63,958 bases of DNA, filler included, from an uncultured Myxococcia bacterium (GCA_964617105.1; 4 parts of 4 records of this genome joined end to end with filler, not necessarily neighbours in it); one strand, 5' to 3'; shown: positions 39,937 to 50,656, counted from the first letter of the whole stretch. The notes: generated by a model not told the origin, from the letters alone. Made by a program: numbers and translations.

Positions 39937-40899
39937 TCAAATCTTTATAGTTTGGCGCTCATAGGCTCCGAGTATGTTCATCTGACTGTTTGCATTGATG
40001 GTTTTTAAATATTCGCGAGCCTTGTAAATCAGGTCGTTAATAAATTTATCACTGGATTCGGGGTCGTAGTGGAATAGTACTAGATTTTTTACCTGGGCAT
40101 CGTGGACAGCATCGATAAAGGCGAAAATTGAGGAGTGGCCCCAACATAATTTGTTATAGGTTTCGATAAAATCGTATTGGCTGTCTACAATGGCAACATT
40201 GGAGTTCTGTATAAAATCGGAATATTTATTTAACTCACTTTTTTTGGCTTCGGTCAACTCAGTATCGGTGCAATAAGTTACAATTTTGTCCTGATGCTGA
40301 ATTTTGTATCCATAAGCAGTGTTAGGGTGGTTTAATTTCATCACCTTTATATCAACATCAGCCAAATCCCATTCTGAAAAACCGTGAAAACTTATTTTAG
40401 CGCCCAGTTTGTCAAACTGTACTGGAAAAAAAGGCGCCTTTTGTTGATTAGTTAAGAATTTGTCTGGATTTTTTAACTTATCATAAGCGGGATGGAAAAT
40501 TTTGATCTCGAAATTTGGGAAAAAAGCGGGAGCAAAAAATGGAAAACCACAAATATGGTCCCAATGGTGGTGGGAGAGTATTATATAAATTTTGCCGCCT
40601 TGATTTTGGTTGGCAAGTATCTGGTTGCCAAGTTTCTTCAGTCCAGACCCGGCATCAATAATAATCCGGTCCGTACCGGTTTTCAATTCCACGCATGAAG
40701 TGCTGCCACCATAGGTTACAGGTTGTTCGCGGTATTGATCATGCAAATGCTGGGTTAAAGATTCCAGGGAATTGGCGTGGCCATCATTTTGCAGTTTTTG
40801 CATTAAGGACGGTAAAACTTCCTCTATTTTTTTTAATATATCGTAGTGGTTGAGTGGGGAAGGCAGGGAGCCTCGAACTCCCCAAAAAGTGAGTTCCAT
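39937..40899 (-). CDS. MBL-fold metallo-hydrolase
   Basis: FWGVRGS.P, GG.TSCV, DAGSG, SHHHWDH, TDTE, WGHS, LFHYDP. Confidence 0.9.
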   Translation of the reverse strand: MELTFWGVRGSLPSPLNHYDILKKIEEVLPSLMQKLQNDGHANSLESLTQHLHDQYREQPVTYGGSTSCVELKTGTDRIIIDAGSGLKKLGNQILANQNQGGKIYIILSHHHWDHICGFPFFAPAFFPNFEIKIFHPAYDKLKNPDKFLTNQQKAPFFPVQFDKLGAKISFHGFSEWDLADVDIKVMKLNHPNTAYGYKIQHQDKIVTYCTDTELTEAKKSELNKYSDFIQNSNVAIVDSQYDFIETYNKLCWGHSSIFAFIDAVHDAQVKNLVLFHYDPESSDKFINDLIYKAREYLKTINANSQMNILGAYERQTIKI

Positions 40900-40941
40900 C
40901 AAGTTAGGTCTCCTGTTTAAGGCTGTTGCTATGGTTCTCTT

Positions 40942-41256
40942 TCATTCATTATACTCTGGTTCTTTGTCGGGATAGATTTCGTAAATGGTGTCAGGAGGAA
41001 TTTTGACTTTGGTAGTTTTAGAAAAAATTATCAAGGCGACGGAATCAAAATCGGTTTTTACCAATTCTCCTTGGTATAACGGCTGTCCGTTTTCAGCATA
41101 AACCCAATCCAAATATTCCCTGGTAAATACAGCCACTTTGCCCTGGATAATTTTTAAAGTCCCAATAGGTTTTAACTCATCGGCCTGGGGAGCAGACGTC
41201 ATCGCTGTAAAGGTAACTGCCAGCAGTAATAGGGTAAAAATGATTATTTTTTTCAT
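40942..41256 (-). CDS. Small secreted FecR-N-like protein
   Basis: Signal peptide; G.V.V......W..A..G..L..G..VKT..DS.A.I.F pattern. Confidence 0.55.
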   Translation of the reverse strand: MKKIIIFTLLLLAVTFTAMTSAPQADELKPIGTLKIIQGKVAVFTREYLDWVYAENGQPLYQGELVKTDFDSVALIIFSKTTKVKIPPDTIYEIYPDKEPEYNE

Positions 41257-41417
41257 CTATCTAATCCGAGTAAAAATCCAACTATAATAATTTCTAAATC
41301 TATAATGAAAAGTATGAATTGTCAAATAACAAATTAAATTTATCTTTTTAATAGGCAGTTTTTTTGCTAAAATCAGTGTTGAATTATTATAGGTATAACC
41401 TGACATGGAGATCATTG

Positions 41418-44400
41418 ATGGGAATCAAAAAAAACATTTTTTTTCTTTTTATCCTTTTCACCATCTTTTCCTGCAAGTATGACTTTGATAATCCTCTTGA
41501 GCGGGAAAAGGGAGGCAGCCTGAAGGGGAAGGCTGTTTATGACCAGGGAGGCGGTAAACTTCAGGGGCTTTCCGGATGCCTTATACATCTTTTGGGCACC
41601 ACTTTAACTGTTCAAAGCGATGAACAGGGCAAATTTGCTATTGCCAATGTTCCGGCTGTTGAAAGCATGATCGATTCTCACACCCTGCATATTAAATGCA
41701 CTCACCCTGAGGAGAAGGATCGCAAATGGGGTTTGCAGATGCGGCGCCGCAGTATAGTAGTTCGTGAAGGGGATGCCGTGAATATTGGCCCGGTTACTAT
41801 GGCCAAGGCGGGTGATATTTCCGGGAGCGTGGCCCCATTTGAGAGTGGTGACAAACTGGGTATCAAGGTGGTGTTGGCCAATACCAATTGGAGTATTTTT
41901 ACCGATATGGAGGGGAAATTTTTCCTCCGGCGGGTGCCGGCCGGAGATTATGTGCTGGTAGCGGCGGCTATATCCCGCCCTCATCTTGGTCTTGGTGTTT
42001 TTAAGGGACTTAAGATGAAAGTAAATAAAGATATGGAGTTGGAAAAACCGGTAGGCATGGAGTTCAAAGAGGATGGCAAAGGCAATTTGAGTGGTCGGTT
42101 GGTGATTCCCAATATTCAAGACTATAGTGGCTTGAAGATAATCTTACTGGGCGGCAATAAGGTGGAAGGTGATGTCAGTCCGGATGGCTCTTACCAGTTG
42201 AATGATGTGCCGGAGGGGATCTATATGCTGAAGGCTTCCGGAACGGTGGAGAGGGATGAGGTTGAATCTAAATCTTTGCTGCCATCCTGGCTGCGCAAAA
42301 GTTTGACAGTTTCTTATGAGGGCTATTTCAGCAACGTAGTGGTGCTGGATGGGGAGGATACTCAGGTGGAAAATGTATATCCTGCCCGGAAAGAGGATGA
42401 AGGGGGAGATGGAGACGGCGATGGCGAAAAGCATGTTGTTGACTGTGACGGGGATGGTAAGGCTGACCAGGTTGATCTGGACAAAGAGTGCAATGATACT
42501 GCTGCCTGCGATTTGGACAATGATAATGATGGTATTGTCAATAAAGAGGAAGATCGGGAGTGTTGGTGTAACCCCCTGGGATTTCGTTATAATAAACAAT
42601 TAGAAGCCTGTGTGGAGGCGATGGAGGTGGAGGGAAACCATCCGCCGGTGGCCAATGCTGGAGAGGATATTCTTAATAGTCAGGTGGGCAAAGAGGAGCA
42701 ATTTGACGGCAGTAAGAGTTTTGATGTGGATGAAGGTGATAAATTGATTTATCAGTGGAGTCTGTTGGAAAAGCCCAAAGGTAGTGGCACTAAAATTGAG
42801 GAAAAGGACCAGGTAAAGTGCAAGTTAATTTTAGATAAAGTGGGAAAATATCGGGTGAGTCTGATTGTCACCGATGGCAAACTTTACGGGCAACCAGACC
42901 TGGTTGATCTGTATGCTCAATCAAAAGGGGAGATTTGCGACAACTGGGATAACGATGGCGATGGTGAAACCGATGAAAAGATGGTAGCACCGGAGCCCGT
43001 TTTGACCAAAGGGGTTTGCAAAGGAAGTAAGCAAGAGTGTGATGGTAAAGGTTGGGTAGAGCCCGATTACACCAAAATTCAAGGCTATGAAAAGGCCGAA
43101 ATTCTATGCGATGGTAAGGATAACGATTGCGATGGTGACATTGATGAGGGGTTGACCGCCAATGATGCTAAGAATATAAAAGGGGTATGTCTGGGCCAGA
43201 AGTTGGTGTGCGATGGTGCCAAAGGTTGGGTTGAGCCTGATTACACCAAAATTAAAGATTATGAGCAGACTGAAACTCTATGTGACGGTTTGGATAATGA
43301 TTGCGATGGTAAAATAGACGAAGAGTTGAAGGCGCCGGCAGCCACTAAGACCGCTGGAGTGTGTGCCGGTCAAACTAAAGTATGTGGCGGCACTAAAGGT
43401 TGGCAAGATCCTGATTACACCAAAATTAAAGATTATGAAAAGGTCGAAACTCTGTGTGACGGCCTGGATAACGATTGTTACGGTGATATTGACGAGGGAC
43501 TGGAGATCCTGCCGCTGCCAGAGGGGCAAAATGATTGCCTGGGCCAGGGGGTTTGTGCAGATTTGGCCCAGAAGGTGTGTAAAGGGCAGGGGGGCTGGCA
43601 GTGTGACTATAGCGGGTTGAGAAATTGGGAGGCGGAGGAGATAAGTTGCGATGAAAAGGACAATGACTGCGATGGTCAAACTGATGAAGGGCTTACCAAT
43701 GCTTGCGGAGGCTGCGCAGCTCTGGCTAACCAGGTGGGCGTAACCTGTGACAGTCCTCAGGACAGCGATTTTTGCCCAGACTACTATTCTGAAGGAGGTT
43801 ATGCCGCTGAATCTGATGCCACTGAAGATTGTCCAGAGGGAGGATGTGACCAACATTCGGTCTGGACCTGTGATCCCCAAAATCCCAATGTTGTTTACTG
43901 CAAGGCCAATGAATTTACCAATTATACTGAGAGTTGCACTGGCCAGGATGATGACTGCGACGGTAAAACTGATGAGAATGACCCCGATCTGATCGTCCCC
44001 ACCGCTCAGAAGTATCAGGGAGTCTGCCAGGATAGTAAAAAGGTGTGTGAATCATATGAAGGGGGAAAGAATTGGCAGGAGCCTGATTACAGCCAAATTA
44101 CCGGTTACCAGGAATATGAAACTCTCTGCGATGGCCTGGACAACGACTGTGATGGCAAAACCGATGCTGATGACAATAATTTCGAGATAATACCGTTGGC
44201 CAGCAAAAACCGGGGTGTTTGTCAGGGACAATATAAAGTATGCAGCGCCAGCGGATGGCAAGATCCTGATTACACCACCATCGAAGGCTATGAGCAGACC
44301 GAAACTCTGTGCGACGGCATTGACAACGACTGTGATGGGCAAATCGACGAAGAACTGCAGGCCCAGCCGGCTGATAACTGTATAAAAAATGGTGTGTGTG

Positions 44401-46013
44401 CTCAATTGCTTTACAAGTCCTGCCTGGGAACCAGCGGCTGGCAGTGTGACTATACTATCTTGAGCGATTATCTGGAAAATGAGAACAGTTGCGGCAACCT
44501 GGATTCTCTGGACAATGATTGCGATGGAGAGGTAGATGAGGGCGATGCTATCAATGCTTGCGGCGGCTGCGGCAGTTTAGTCGGCACCCCGGGTCAGCTT
44601 TGCGACAGTCCTGATGATACTGACAGTTGTGTTGACAATTACTATGACGGCAACACTGAAGAGCCCTCTATGTGGACCTGCAGCCAGGACAAAACTGCAG
44701 TTACCTGCCCCACCACCACTCTGAGCAACAAGAGTGAAACCTGTAATGGCCAGGATGATGACTGTGATGGCAAGACCGATGAAGATTTCCTGTATGATGA
44801 TTCCGGAGCGTCTAAAAAAATTGCCGTACTTTGCCAGGGTAAAGGCCAGTGTCCCGATGGAGTAGTGGAGTGTTCCACCGATGGCCTCAAAGCAGTGTGC
44901 TCCACCTTGCCCGGCGGTTCCAGTTATTATGCTGAGGGAGAGTGGTGCGATAGCCAGGACAATGACTGTGATGGCCTAACGGATGCCGATGACCCAGATC
45001 TATCGGCTAACCTTTCAGAACGGCAGCAAGGGGTTTGTCAGGGATCAAAAATGGTCTGTAACGGTGGTCAGGAGCAGGATCCTGATTATACTAAAATAAC
45101 CGGGTATGAGGCAACTGAAACTCTCTGTGATGGCCTGGATAACGATTGCGATGGTAAAACCGATGCTCAAGATACACATCTGCAGGCGGTTCGGCCCGAG
45201 GCCGACAAGATCGTTGGTGTGTGCCAGGGGGCCAAAAAAGAGTGTGTCAACAGCCAGTGGCAGGAACCGGATTACACCCAGCACTCAACCGATTATGATG
45301 TCAATGAAGATTACCATTGCAATGATCGGAAAGATAATGACTGCGATGGAGAGGTGGATAATAGTGATCAGGACTGCATCGATTGCCCCGGCCACCCGGG
45401 GATGGTGCGTAACGCACCGGGTGAACATGAGTGCATAGACATTTATGAATCCTCGGTTTGGGAAAAGCCCTGTACTGGCGCTCAACAGACCCAATACGGG
45501 GTGAGTAGCGATGATTATCCGGCTGGTTTTCCTGACAATGTGGGGAGCGAGGGAGGCGGCACCCAAACCACCAAACTCTATGCCTGCTCTATAAAAGATG
45601 TTTACCCATCCACCTATTTGACCTATTACCAGGCTTATCAGGCTTGCCAGAACTCCCAGAAAGAGTTGTGCTACAAGTACACCTGGCCCTGGGCCTGTAA
45701 AAATGGCGACACTGCCACCACCTATCCTTACGGCAGCACCTATGGCGCCAACATCTGTTACGACAGCCAGGCCAATGGTCCGGCCAAAACCGGCAGCCAT
45801 AGCCAGTGTAAGAACCAAATGGGGGCCATGGATATGAGTGGCAATGTTAGAGAGTACACCTATATTTATACGGACAAAACAGTATATGGCGGTCACTGGG
45901 AAGATGGCAGCGCCAATGTTCAGTGTGAATCCAGCCAGGTTAGAGACCCGCTCATTGTTGATAAATACACTGGTTTTCGCTGTTGTTTTACTGGAGAGGT
46001 ATCCCAGGATTAG
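41418..46013 (+). CDS. Giant Cys/Asp-rich lipoprotein: carboxypeptidase-regulatory-like domains, PKD, 13 MopE-like metal-binding repeats, C-terminal FGE-sulfatase (CLec-fold) domain
   Basis: IFSC lipobox; N.PPVANAG PKD; CDG.DNDCDG..DE repeats; CIDIYE, YPYG, DMSGNV.E, GFRCC. Confidence 0.82.
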   Translation: MGIKKNIFFLFILFTIFSCKYDFDNPLEREKGGSLKGKAVYDQGGGKLQGLSGCLIHLLGTTLTVQSDEQGKFAIANVPAVESMIDSHTLHIKCTHPEEKDRKWGLQMRRRSIVVREGDAVNIGPVTMAKAGDISGSVAPFESGDKLGIKVVLANTNWSIFTDMEGKFFLRRVPAGDYVLVAAAISRPHLGLGVFKGLKMKVNKDMELEKPVGMEFKEDGKGNLSGRLVIPNIQDYSGLKIILLGGNKVEGDVSPDGSYQLNDVPEGIYMLKASGTVERDEVESKSLLPSWLRKSLTVSYEGYFSNVVVLDGEDTQVENVYPARKEDEGGDGDGDGEKHVVDCDGDGKADQVDLDKECNDTAACDLDNDNDGIVNKEEDRECWCNPLGFRYNKQLEACVEAMEVEGNHPPVANAGEDILNSQVGKEEQFDGSKSFDVDEGDKLIYQWSLLEKPKGSGTKIEEKDQVKCKLILDKVGKYRVSLIVTDGKLYGQPDLVDLYAQSKGEICDNWDNDGDGETDEKMVAPEPVLTKGVCKGSKQECDGKGWVEPDYTKIQGYEKAEILCDGKDNDCDGDIDEGLTANDAKNIKGVCLGQKLVCDGAKGWVEPDYTKIKDYEQTETLCDGLDNDCDGKIDEELKAPAATKTAGVCAGQTKVCGGTKGWQDPDYTKIKDYEKVETLCDGLDNDCYGDIDEGLEILPLPEGQNDCLGQGVCADLAQKVCKGQGGWQCDYSGLRNWEAEEISCDEKDNDCDGQTDEGLTNACGGCAALANQVGVTCDSPQDSDFCPDYYSEGGYAAESDATEDCPEGGCDQHSVWTCDPQNPNVVYCKANEFTNYTESCTGQDDDCDGKTDENDPDLIVPTAQKYQGVCQDSKKVCESYEGGKNWQEPDYSQITGYQEYETLCDGLDNDCDGKTDADDNNFEIIPLASKNRGVCQGQYKVCSASGWQDPDYTTIEGYEQTETLCDGIDNDCDGQIDEELQAQPADNCIKNGVCAQLLYKSCLGTSGWQCDYTILSDYLENENSCGNLDSLDNDCDGEVDEGDAINACGGCGSLVGTPGQLCDSPDDTDSCVDNYYDGNTEEPSMWTCSQDKTAVTCPTTTLSNKSETCNGQDDDCDGKTDEDFLYDDSGASKKIAVLCQGKGQCPDGVVECSTDGLKAVCSTLPGGSSYYAEGEWCDSQDNDCDGLTDADDPDLSANLSERQQGVCQGSKMVCNGGQEQDPDYTKITGYEATETLCDGLDNDCDGKTDAQDTHLQAVRPEADKIVGVCQGAKKECVNSQWQEPDYTQHSTDYDVNEDYHCNDRKDNDCDGEVDNSDQDCIDCPGHPGMVRNAPGEHECIDIYESSVWEKPCTGAQQTQYGVSSDDYPAGFPDNVGSEGGGTQTTKLYACSIKDVYPSTYLTYYQAYQACQNSQKELCYKYTWPWACKNGDTATTYPYGSTYGANICYDSQANGPAKTGSHSQCKNQMGAMDMSGNVREYTYIYTDKTVYGGHWEDGSANVQCESSQVRDPLIVDKYTGFRCCFTGEVSQD

Positions 46014-46035
46014 CCCAGGGTTGGTGAACTCTGGG
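46014..46035. terminator. Hairpin between convergent genes
   Basis: CCCAGGGTT-ggtg-AACTCTGGG (one G-U). Confidence 0.45.
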
Positions 46036-46053
46036 AGGGTAACAAGTTGGGCA

Positions 46054-47914
46054 TTAAACCAACTGTTCTGAGTAGAGGCGGCGATACTCGCCATGTTGGG
46101 AGAGAAGTTCCTGGTGAGTTCCCTGTTGGACGATTTTGCCATCTGCCAACACCACAATTCTATTGGCCCAGCGGACCGTGCTTTGGCGATGGGCGATGAT
46201 CAGCAGGGTGCCTTCTTTGGCCAAAATATCCATACTTTTTTGCAGCAGGCGCTCATTTTCCAGATCCAGGTTGGCGGTGGCCTCGTCAAAAATCATCACG
46301 GCGGTTTTTTTTAGGATTATCCGGGCGATGCAGAGCCTCTGCCTTTCACCCCCCGACAGATTGGAGCCGTTTTCATCCAGCCGGGTCTGGTATCCTTGAG
46401 GCAGCGCCTGGATAAAATCGTGGGCCCCTGCCAATTTTGCCGCGGTCTCTACCTGGCTGCTGTTTTCGCACCAGGAGCCGTAGTTGATGTTGTTATATAC
46501 GGTATCTTCAAACAAAATAGGGTTCTGGGTGACCACCGAAAATAAAGAGCGCAGTTTTTTAAGGCTGGTTTGCCGGATATCGGTGCCGTCTATTAAAATG
46601 CTGCCACAGGTCAGATCGTAAAACCGGGGCAGCAGGTCAGCCACGGTACTTTTGCCAGCGCCGCTTTTTCCCACCAGAGCCAGGGATTCACCCTTTTTTA
46701 TAGTTAGATTAAGATTTTGTAAAACCGGTTTTTCCTGGTAGGCAAAGGTGGCGTCCCGCAACTCTATCTGTTGCCTAAACTCGACTGGCTGAGGTTCTTG
46801 GGGTTCGGGTAGATTTTTAGTCTCTTTGAGCAGAGAAAACAGGCGTCCGGCAGCCGCCATTCCAGGCTGGATAAAGTTGTTTAGTCTTCCCAGGGTTTTA
46901 ATTGGTTGGTAGAGCATCATCACAGTGGCGAAAAAAGAGATAAAGTTCTCTGGTGACAACTCTCCGTTTCTGATGCGGGCGCCGGCATACCAGATAGTGC
47001 CTGCCAACCCCAGGGCGCCGATGATCNNNNNNNNNNGCGTCGCTTGCGCTCACGATGTTCGGATGGTCCAGGGCGCCGATGATCTCCATCAAAGGGGAGA
47101 TGGCGGCCCGTAGGAAAAAGGAGCGCAGCATTATAGACAGGTATTGTTTGTTCAGGCGGTCAAAACGTTTTTCTTCATAAAGGTAAGTGCCAAACAATTG
47201 CACTAGTTTAATGCCGGCGAAGACCTCTCTGACCCGGTTGGCTATTTGCGCCAGTTGTTCCTGGCCGCTGGATGAGACCCGCTTGAGTCGGGAAGCGTGT
47301 TTGACTAGAGGGACAGCCGCCAGGGGTAATAGAAAAAAGGAGATTAGCGAGAGATAAAAATCAAGATAAAAAGCCACCCCGAGAAGTACCGCAATCTGTA
47401 AAACATCCCTGAACAGGGTGGCAGCAGCATAAGTGACTGCTTGCTCTACCTGGGTTATATCGTTGGTAAAACGGGAAACCAGTTCTCCACCCGGGTGGCG
47501 GCTGAAAAAAGCCAGGGGTTTTAAAAGTAGTTTGGCAAAGAAAAATCGGCGTAAGTCCACCACCACTTTTTGACCGATTAAGCCCATTATAAAAAATTGG
47601 CCAAAATAGGAGAGCCCTTTGATAATAGAAATCACCAGAATAAATAGGGGCAATAGGACTATCAAATCGAGATTTTGCAAACTATCTAAAAATGGAAGTT
47701 TTATCGCCGAGCCTATTATTGGAAAAGCGGTCACCAGGTTTTTTCCCGAAAAGAGGAATTTAATCATGGGACCTACCAGGTAAGCGTAAATCCCAGTGGT
47801 TACTGCCAATACCAACATGCATAGCAAAGCAGCGGAAAAATGGCCCCAATAGGGGGTTAAAAATGGGGTCAATTGTTTGAATTTGAACTCTGTTTCTAAG
47901 GAAATTTTTTGCAT
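46054..47914 (-). CDS. msbA: MsbA-type lipid A/ABC exporter (split by assembly gap)
   Basis: TM domain + GKSGAGKS, LSGGERQR, DEAT, IAHR; collapsing the duplicated 17-mer at the gap gives one 600-aa ORF. Confidence 0.85.
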
Positions 47915-47977
47915 TTTATTATTATTGTGTTATAATATGTCTTTTTTTTAATAAATTTTAACTGATCGGGTAATTTT

Positions 47978-49483
47978 ATGGAAATAACAATAATTTCAGG
48001 TAAGTTGGATAAATTAAAAACTGAATTATTTCTTGTACCGGTATTTTCTGGAAAAGTCAAGACCGCTCTGTTTATAAAAGAGATGGATACAATGCTTAAT
48101 AAAACTCTGCTAAAAGAGATGGCTCGGCAGGATTTTAAGGGAAAAAAAGGGCAGCAAGTTTATTTAAATATTCCGGGAAACAAGCGTATCAGCCATCTAT
48201 TGCTGGTGGGTATGGGGAAGAAAAAAAGAGAATATTTAGATGATTGGCGGCAATTTGCTGCGGTTGGTGCCCGTTTTGCCAATAAATTAAAATGTAAGAA
48301 AATGGCTGTACCTTTGCTGCCGGTTGAGAGCAATAAAGCCTTGCAGCGCCAGTGCCGCCAGGTGTGCGAAGGCCTAAACCTGGCCCTTTACAAGTTTAAC
48401 AAATACAAATCTAACCAAGATGATGATGTTAAACTAAAAAGTGTTACTTTACTTCCCCCGCTACCGATAAGAAGAAAGGTAAAACATGGCTTGATAAAAG
48501 AGGTTCAAAAGGCTCAGGATGTTTCCAGGGCAGTTTGCCTGGCCAGGGACCTGATTAATGAGCCGCCTAATGTGCTGAATCCACCCGCCATGGCAGAAAT
48601 TGCTCAGAAAATGGCGGAGGAGACCGATAACCTGACATGTCAGATCCTTACCCCCAAAGAGATGCAAGAAAAAAATATGAATCTTTTGTTGGCGGTCTCA
48701 TCTGGTAGTCCTATTGAACCCCGGTTGATACATCTTCATTACCAGCCGCCGAAAAATCAGAGTAATAACCAGGTGGTGGCTCTGGTAGGTAAAGGATTGA
48801 CCTTTGATGCTGGTGGTCTTTGCCTCAAACCCGCCCAACATATGGCTCACATGAAAGGAGATATGGGTGGTGGCGCGGTGGTCATCGGTGCTATGTATGC
48901 CATTAGTAAACTCAAGCCCAACATGGAGGTGCACGGTCTGGTGCCAGCATCTGAGAATATGCCGGGCGGCAAAGCTTTTAAAATGGACGATGTAATTACC
49001 GGGATGGGTAAAAAAAGTGTGGAGATTTGCAATACTGATGCTGAAGGCCGGCTAATTTTAGCCGATGCCTTAAGTTATGCTCTCTCTCTGGACTGCAATG
49101 AGATTATTGATTTCGCCACTCTCACCGGTGCTTGCATGGTGGCTCTGGGCGATTATACTGCCGGGGTTTTTGGCAACAACGACCGGATGGTTCACCGTTT
49201 TATGCGGGCAGGCCAAGAGGCAGGAGAAGATTTGTGGAGGCTGCCTTTGACTGAGGCTCTCAAGGAGTCCATGAAGAGCGAGGTGGCGGACACCAAAAAT
49301 ATCGGTAGCCGCATGGGGGGCGCCATTGGAGCCGCCCTGTTCTTGCAGGAATTTGTAGAAAATAAACCCTGGATTCACGTTGATATCGCCGGACCGGCCT
49401 TTAGTGAGGCTGATAGCGGATATAAGACTAAGGGGGGGACGGGGTTTGGTATTATGACCGCCCTGGAATACCTCCTGGTATAG
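47978..49483 (+). CDS. pepA: Leucyl aminopeptidase (M17)
   Basis: VGKGLTFDAGG..LKP, MK.DMGG, NTDAEGRL.LAD, ATLTGA. Confidence 0.96.
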   Translation: MEITIISGKLDKLKTELFLVPVFSGKVKTALFIKEMDTMLNKTLLKEMARQDFKGKKGQQVYLNIPGNKRISHLLLVGMGKKKREYLDDWRQFAAVGARFANKLKCKKMAVPLLPVESNKALQRQCRQVCEGLNLALYKFNKYKSNQDDDVKLKSVTLLPPLPIRRKVKHGLIKEVQKAQDVSRAVCLARDLINEPPNVLNPPAMAEIAQKMAEETDNLTCQILTPKEMQEKNMNLLLAVSSGSPIEPRLIHLHYQPPKNQSNNQVVALVGKGLTFDAGGLCLKPAQHMAHMKGDMGGGAVVIGAMYAISKLKPNMEVHGLVPASENMPGGKAFKMDDVITGMGKKSVEICNTDAEGRLILADALSYALSLDCNEIIDFATLTGACMVALGDYTAGVFGNNDRMVHRFMRAGQEAGEDLWRLPLTEALKESMKSEVADTKNIGSRMGGAIGAALFLQEFVENKPWIHVDIAGPAFSEADSGYKTKGGTGFGIMTALEYLLV

Positions 49484-49571
49484 AAAATTTGGATGCATCT
49501 TCATTAGTTTTGTTGCCGGTGTCAAAATCGTCCTCGACGTAGAAGAACGATAGCCTCTAACCAAAGTTTAC

Positions 49572-49601
49572 TTGACCGTGGCATAGATTATGGCATATAA
49601 T
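49572..49601 (+). promoter_or_regulatory. TA operon promoter with TGGCATA direct repeats
   Basis: TTGACC-N18-TATAAT; TGGCATA at 49579 and 49591. Confidence 0.55.
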
Positions 49602-49620
49602 AATGGCAGGAGGTTATGCC

Positions 49621-49884
49621 ATGAGCCAAAGGACAGTTCACAATTTTCATGTGCCTTTACCACATGAGATCTACAATTTGATCCGTGCAGAAGCCAACCG
49701 TTCAAAAAAACCAGCCACAGTGTTAGTGCGCGAGGCTATAATCGAGTGGCTAAAAAAGCGAGAAAAAAAAAGTCTTCATTCTGAGATTACAGATTTTGCT
49801 ACTCGATATGCTGGCAGCCAATACGATCTTGATGATGATTTGGAAAATACATCGATAAATCACTTAGAGGAAGATAAATATTGA
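49621..49884 (+). CDS. Putative ribbon-helix-helix antitoxin
   Basis: FHVPLP..IY..I...A....P...LVREAI..WL; AGGAGG SD; 4-nt overlap with toxin. Confidence 0.75.
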   Translation: MSQRTVHNFHVPLPHEIYNLIRAEANRSKKPATVLVREAIIEWLKKREKKSLHSEITDFATRYAGSQYDLDDDLENTSINHLEEDKY

Positions 49885-50231
49885 AACGAGGTGATGTGTA
49901 TGTGGCAGATCTTATACCCAGATCTGGATCTGAGCAGAAAGGCAAGCGTCCAGTTGTTTTAGTGTCACATGATGGTTTTAATCAGACACCAGGATGGCGC
50001 TCCATAATTATTGTTCCGATTTCAACTTCAAAAAAACAGGCCATGAGGGGACCAACCATAGTAAATTTGCCAAAGGGAACCGGCGGGCTTAAAAAATCGA
50101 GCGTAGCATTGTGCCACCAGGTAACCACACTAGATAAAAGAAAACTTACCCAACATTTAGGAGAATTACCGGTGGAATATTTAAAGCAGATCGAAAATGG
50201 TATTAAAATCGCAATTGATATTTTTCTCTAA
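49881..50231 (+). CDS. mazF: PemK/MazF family endoribonuclease toxin
   Basis: KRGDVY..DL.P..GSEQ.G.RP.V.VS.D.FN, VPIST, S.ALC.QV.TLDK. Confidence 0.92.
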   Translation: MKRGDVYVADLIPRSGSEQKGKRPVVLVSHDGFNQTPGWRSIIIVPISTSKKQAMRGPTIVNLPKGTGGLKKSSVALCHQVTTLDKRKLTQHLGELPVEYLKQIENGIKIAIDIFL

Positions 50232-50236
50232 ATCAC

Positions 50237-50656
50237 TTACTCGCTGGATATCTGAGTTCTTAACCGTTTGGATAGAACCTTGATGACGCCCTGGGCAATC
50301 TCATCTTTTTCTGACATCAGGGCATAGAAATCTTCCCGCTCGATTTTCAACAGCAATACGTTTTCCAGAGCGGTTACTGAGGCAGAACGGGGTTCATTAT
50401 CTAAAATGGCCATATCTCCAAAACATTCCCGCTCTGTTATTACTGCTATTTCCCGACTGCCAATATGAATTCTCACGCTGCCTTCAATGGTCAAGTATAG
50501 GGAATCTCCCACATCCCCCTCTTGAAAAACGACCTCATTTTTGTTGAAGGTGATTTCTGTGGTAATTTCGGCTACCTTGGCTAAATCGTCTCCCGGTATT
50601 TGGGAAAAGAGATCGATACTTTTTAAAAATAGAACCTTTTCCAGGGTGGAGATCAT
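50237..50656 (-). CDS. Stand-alone cyclic nucleotide-binding domain protein
   Basis: LEKVLFLKS..LF, F.EGD.GD.LY, FGDMA.LD..PRSAS; own AGGAG SD. Confidence 0.9.
   Translation of the reverse strand: MISTLEKVLFLKSIDLFSQIPGDDLAKVAEITTEITFNKNEVVFQEGDVGDSLYLTIEGSVRIHIGSREIAVITERECFGDMAILDNEPRSASVTALENVLLLKIEREDFYALMSEKDEIAQGVIKVLSKRLRTQISSE

Noticed and set aside
42930-45380. Regular repeats that might be a CRISPR array
   Set aside because: Degenerate in-frame protein repeats; no constant DNA repeat-spacer structure, and no cas genes in the window
45880-46035. Complete DGR at the FGE-sulfatase tip
   Set aside because: No template repeat, RT or Avd in the window; codons not clearly AAY-derived
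45285-46157. 290-aa antisense ORF (also 43278-43880, 41604-42119, 6298-6795 and similar)
   Set aside because: Shadows of well-supported genes on the opposite strand; no recognisable motifs
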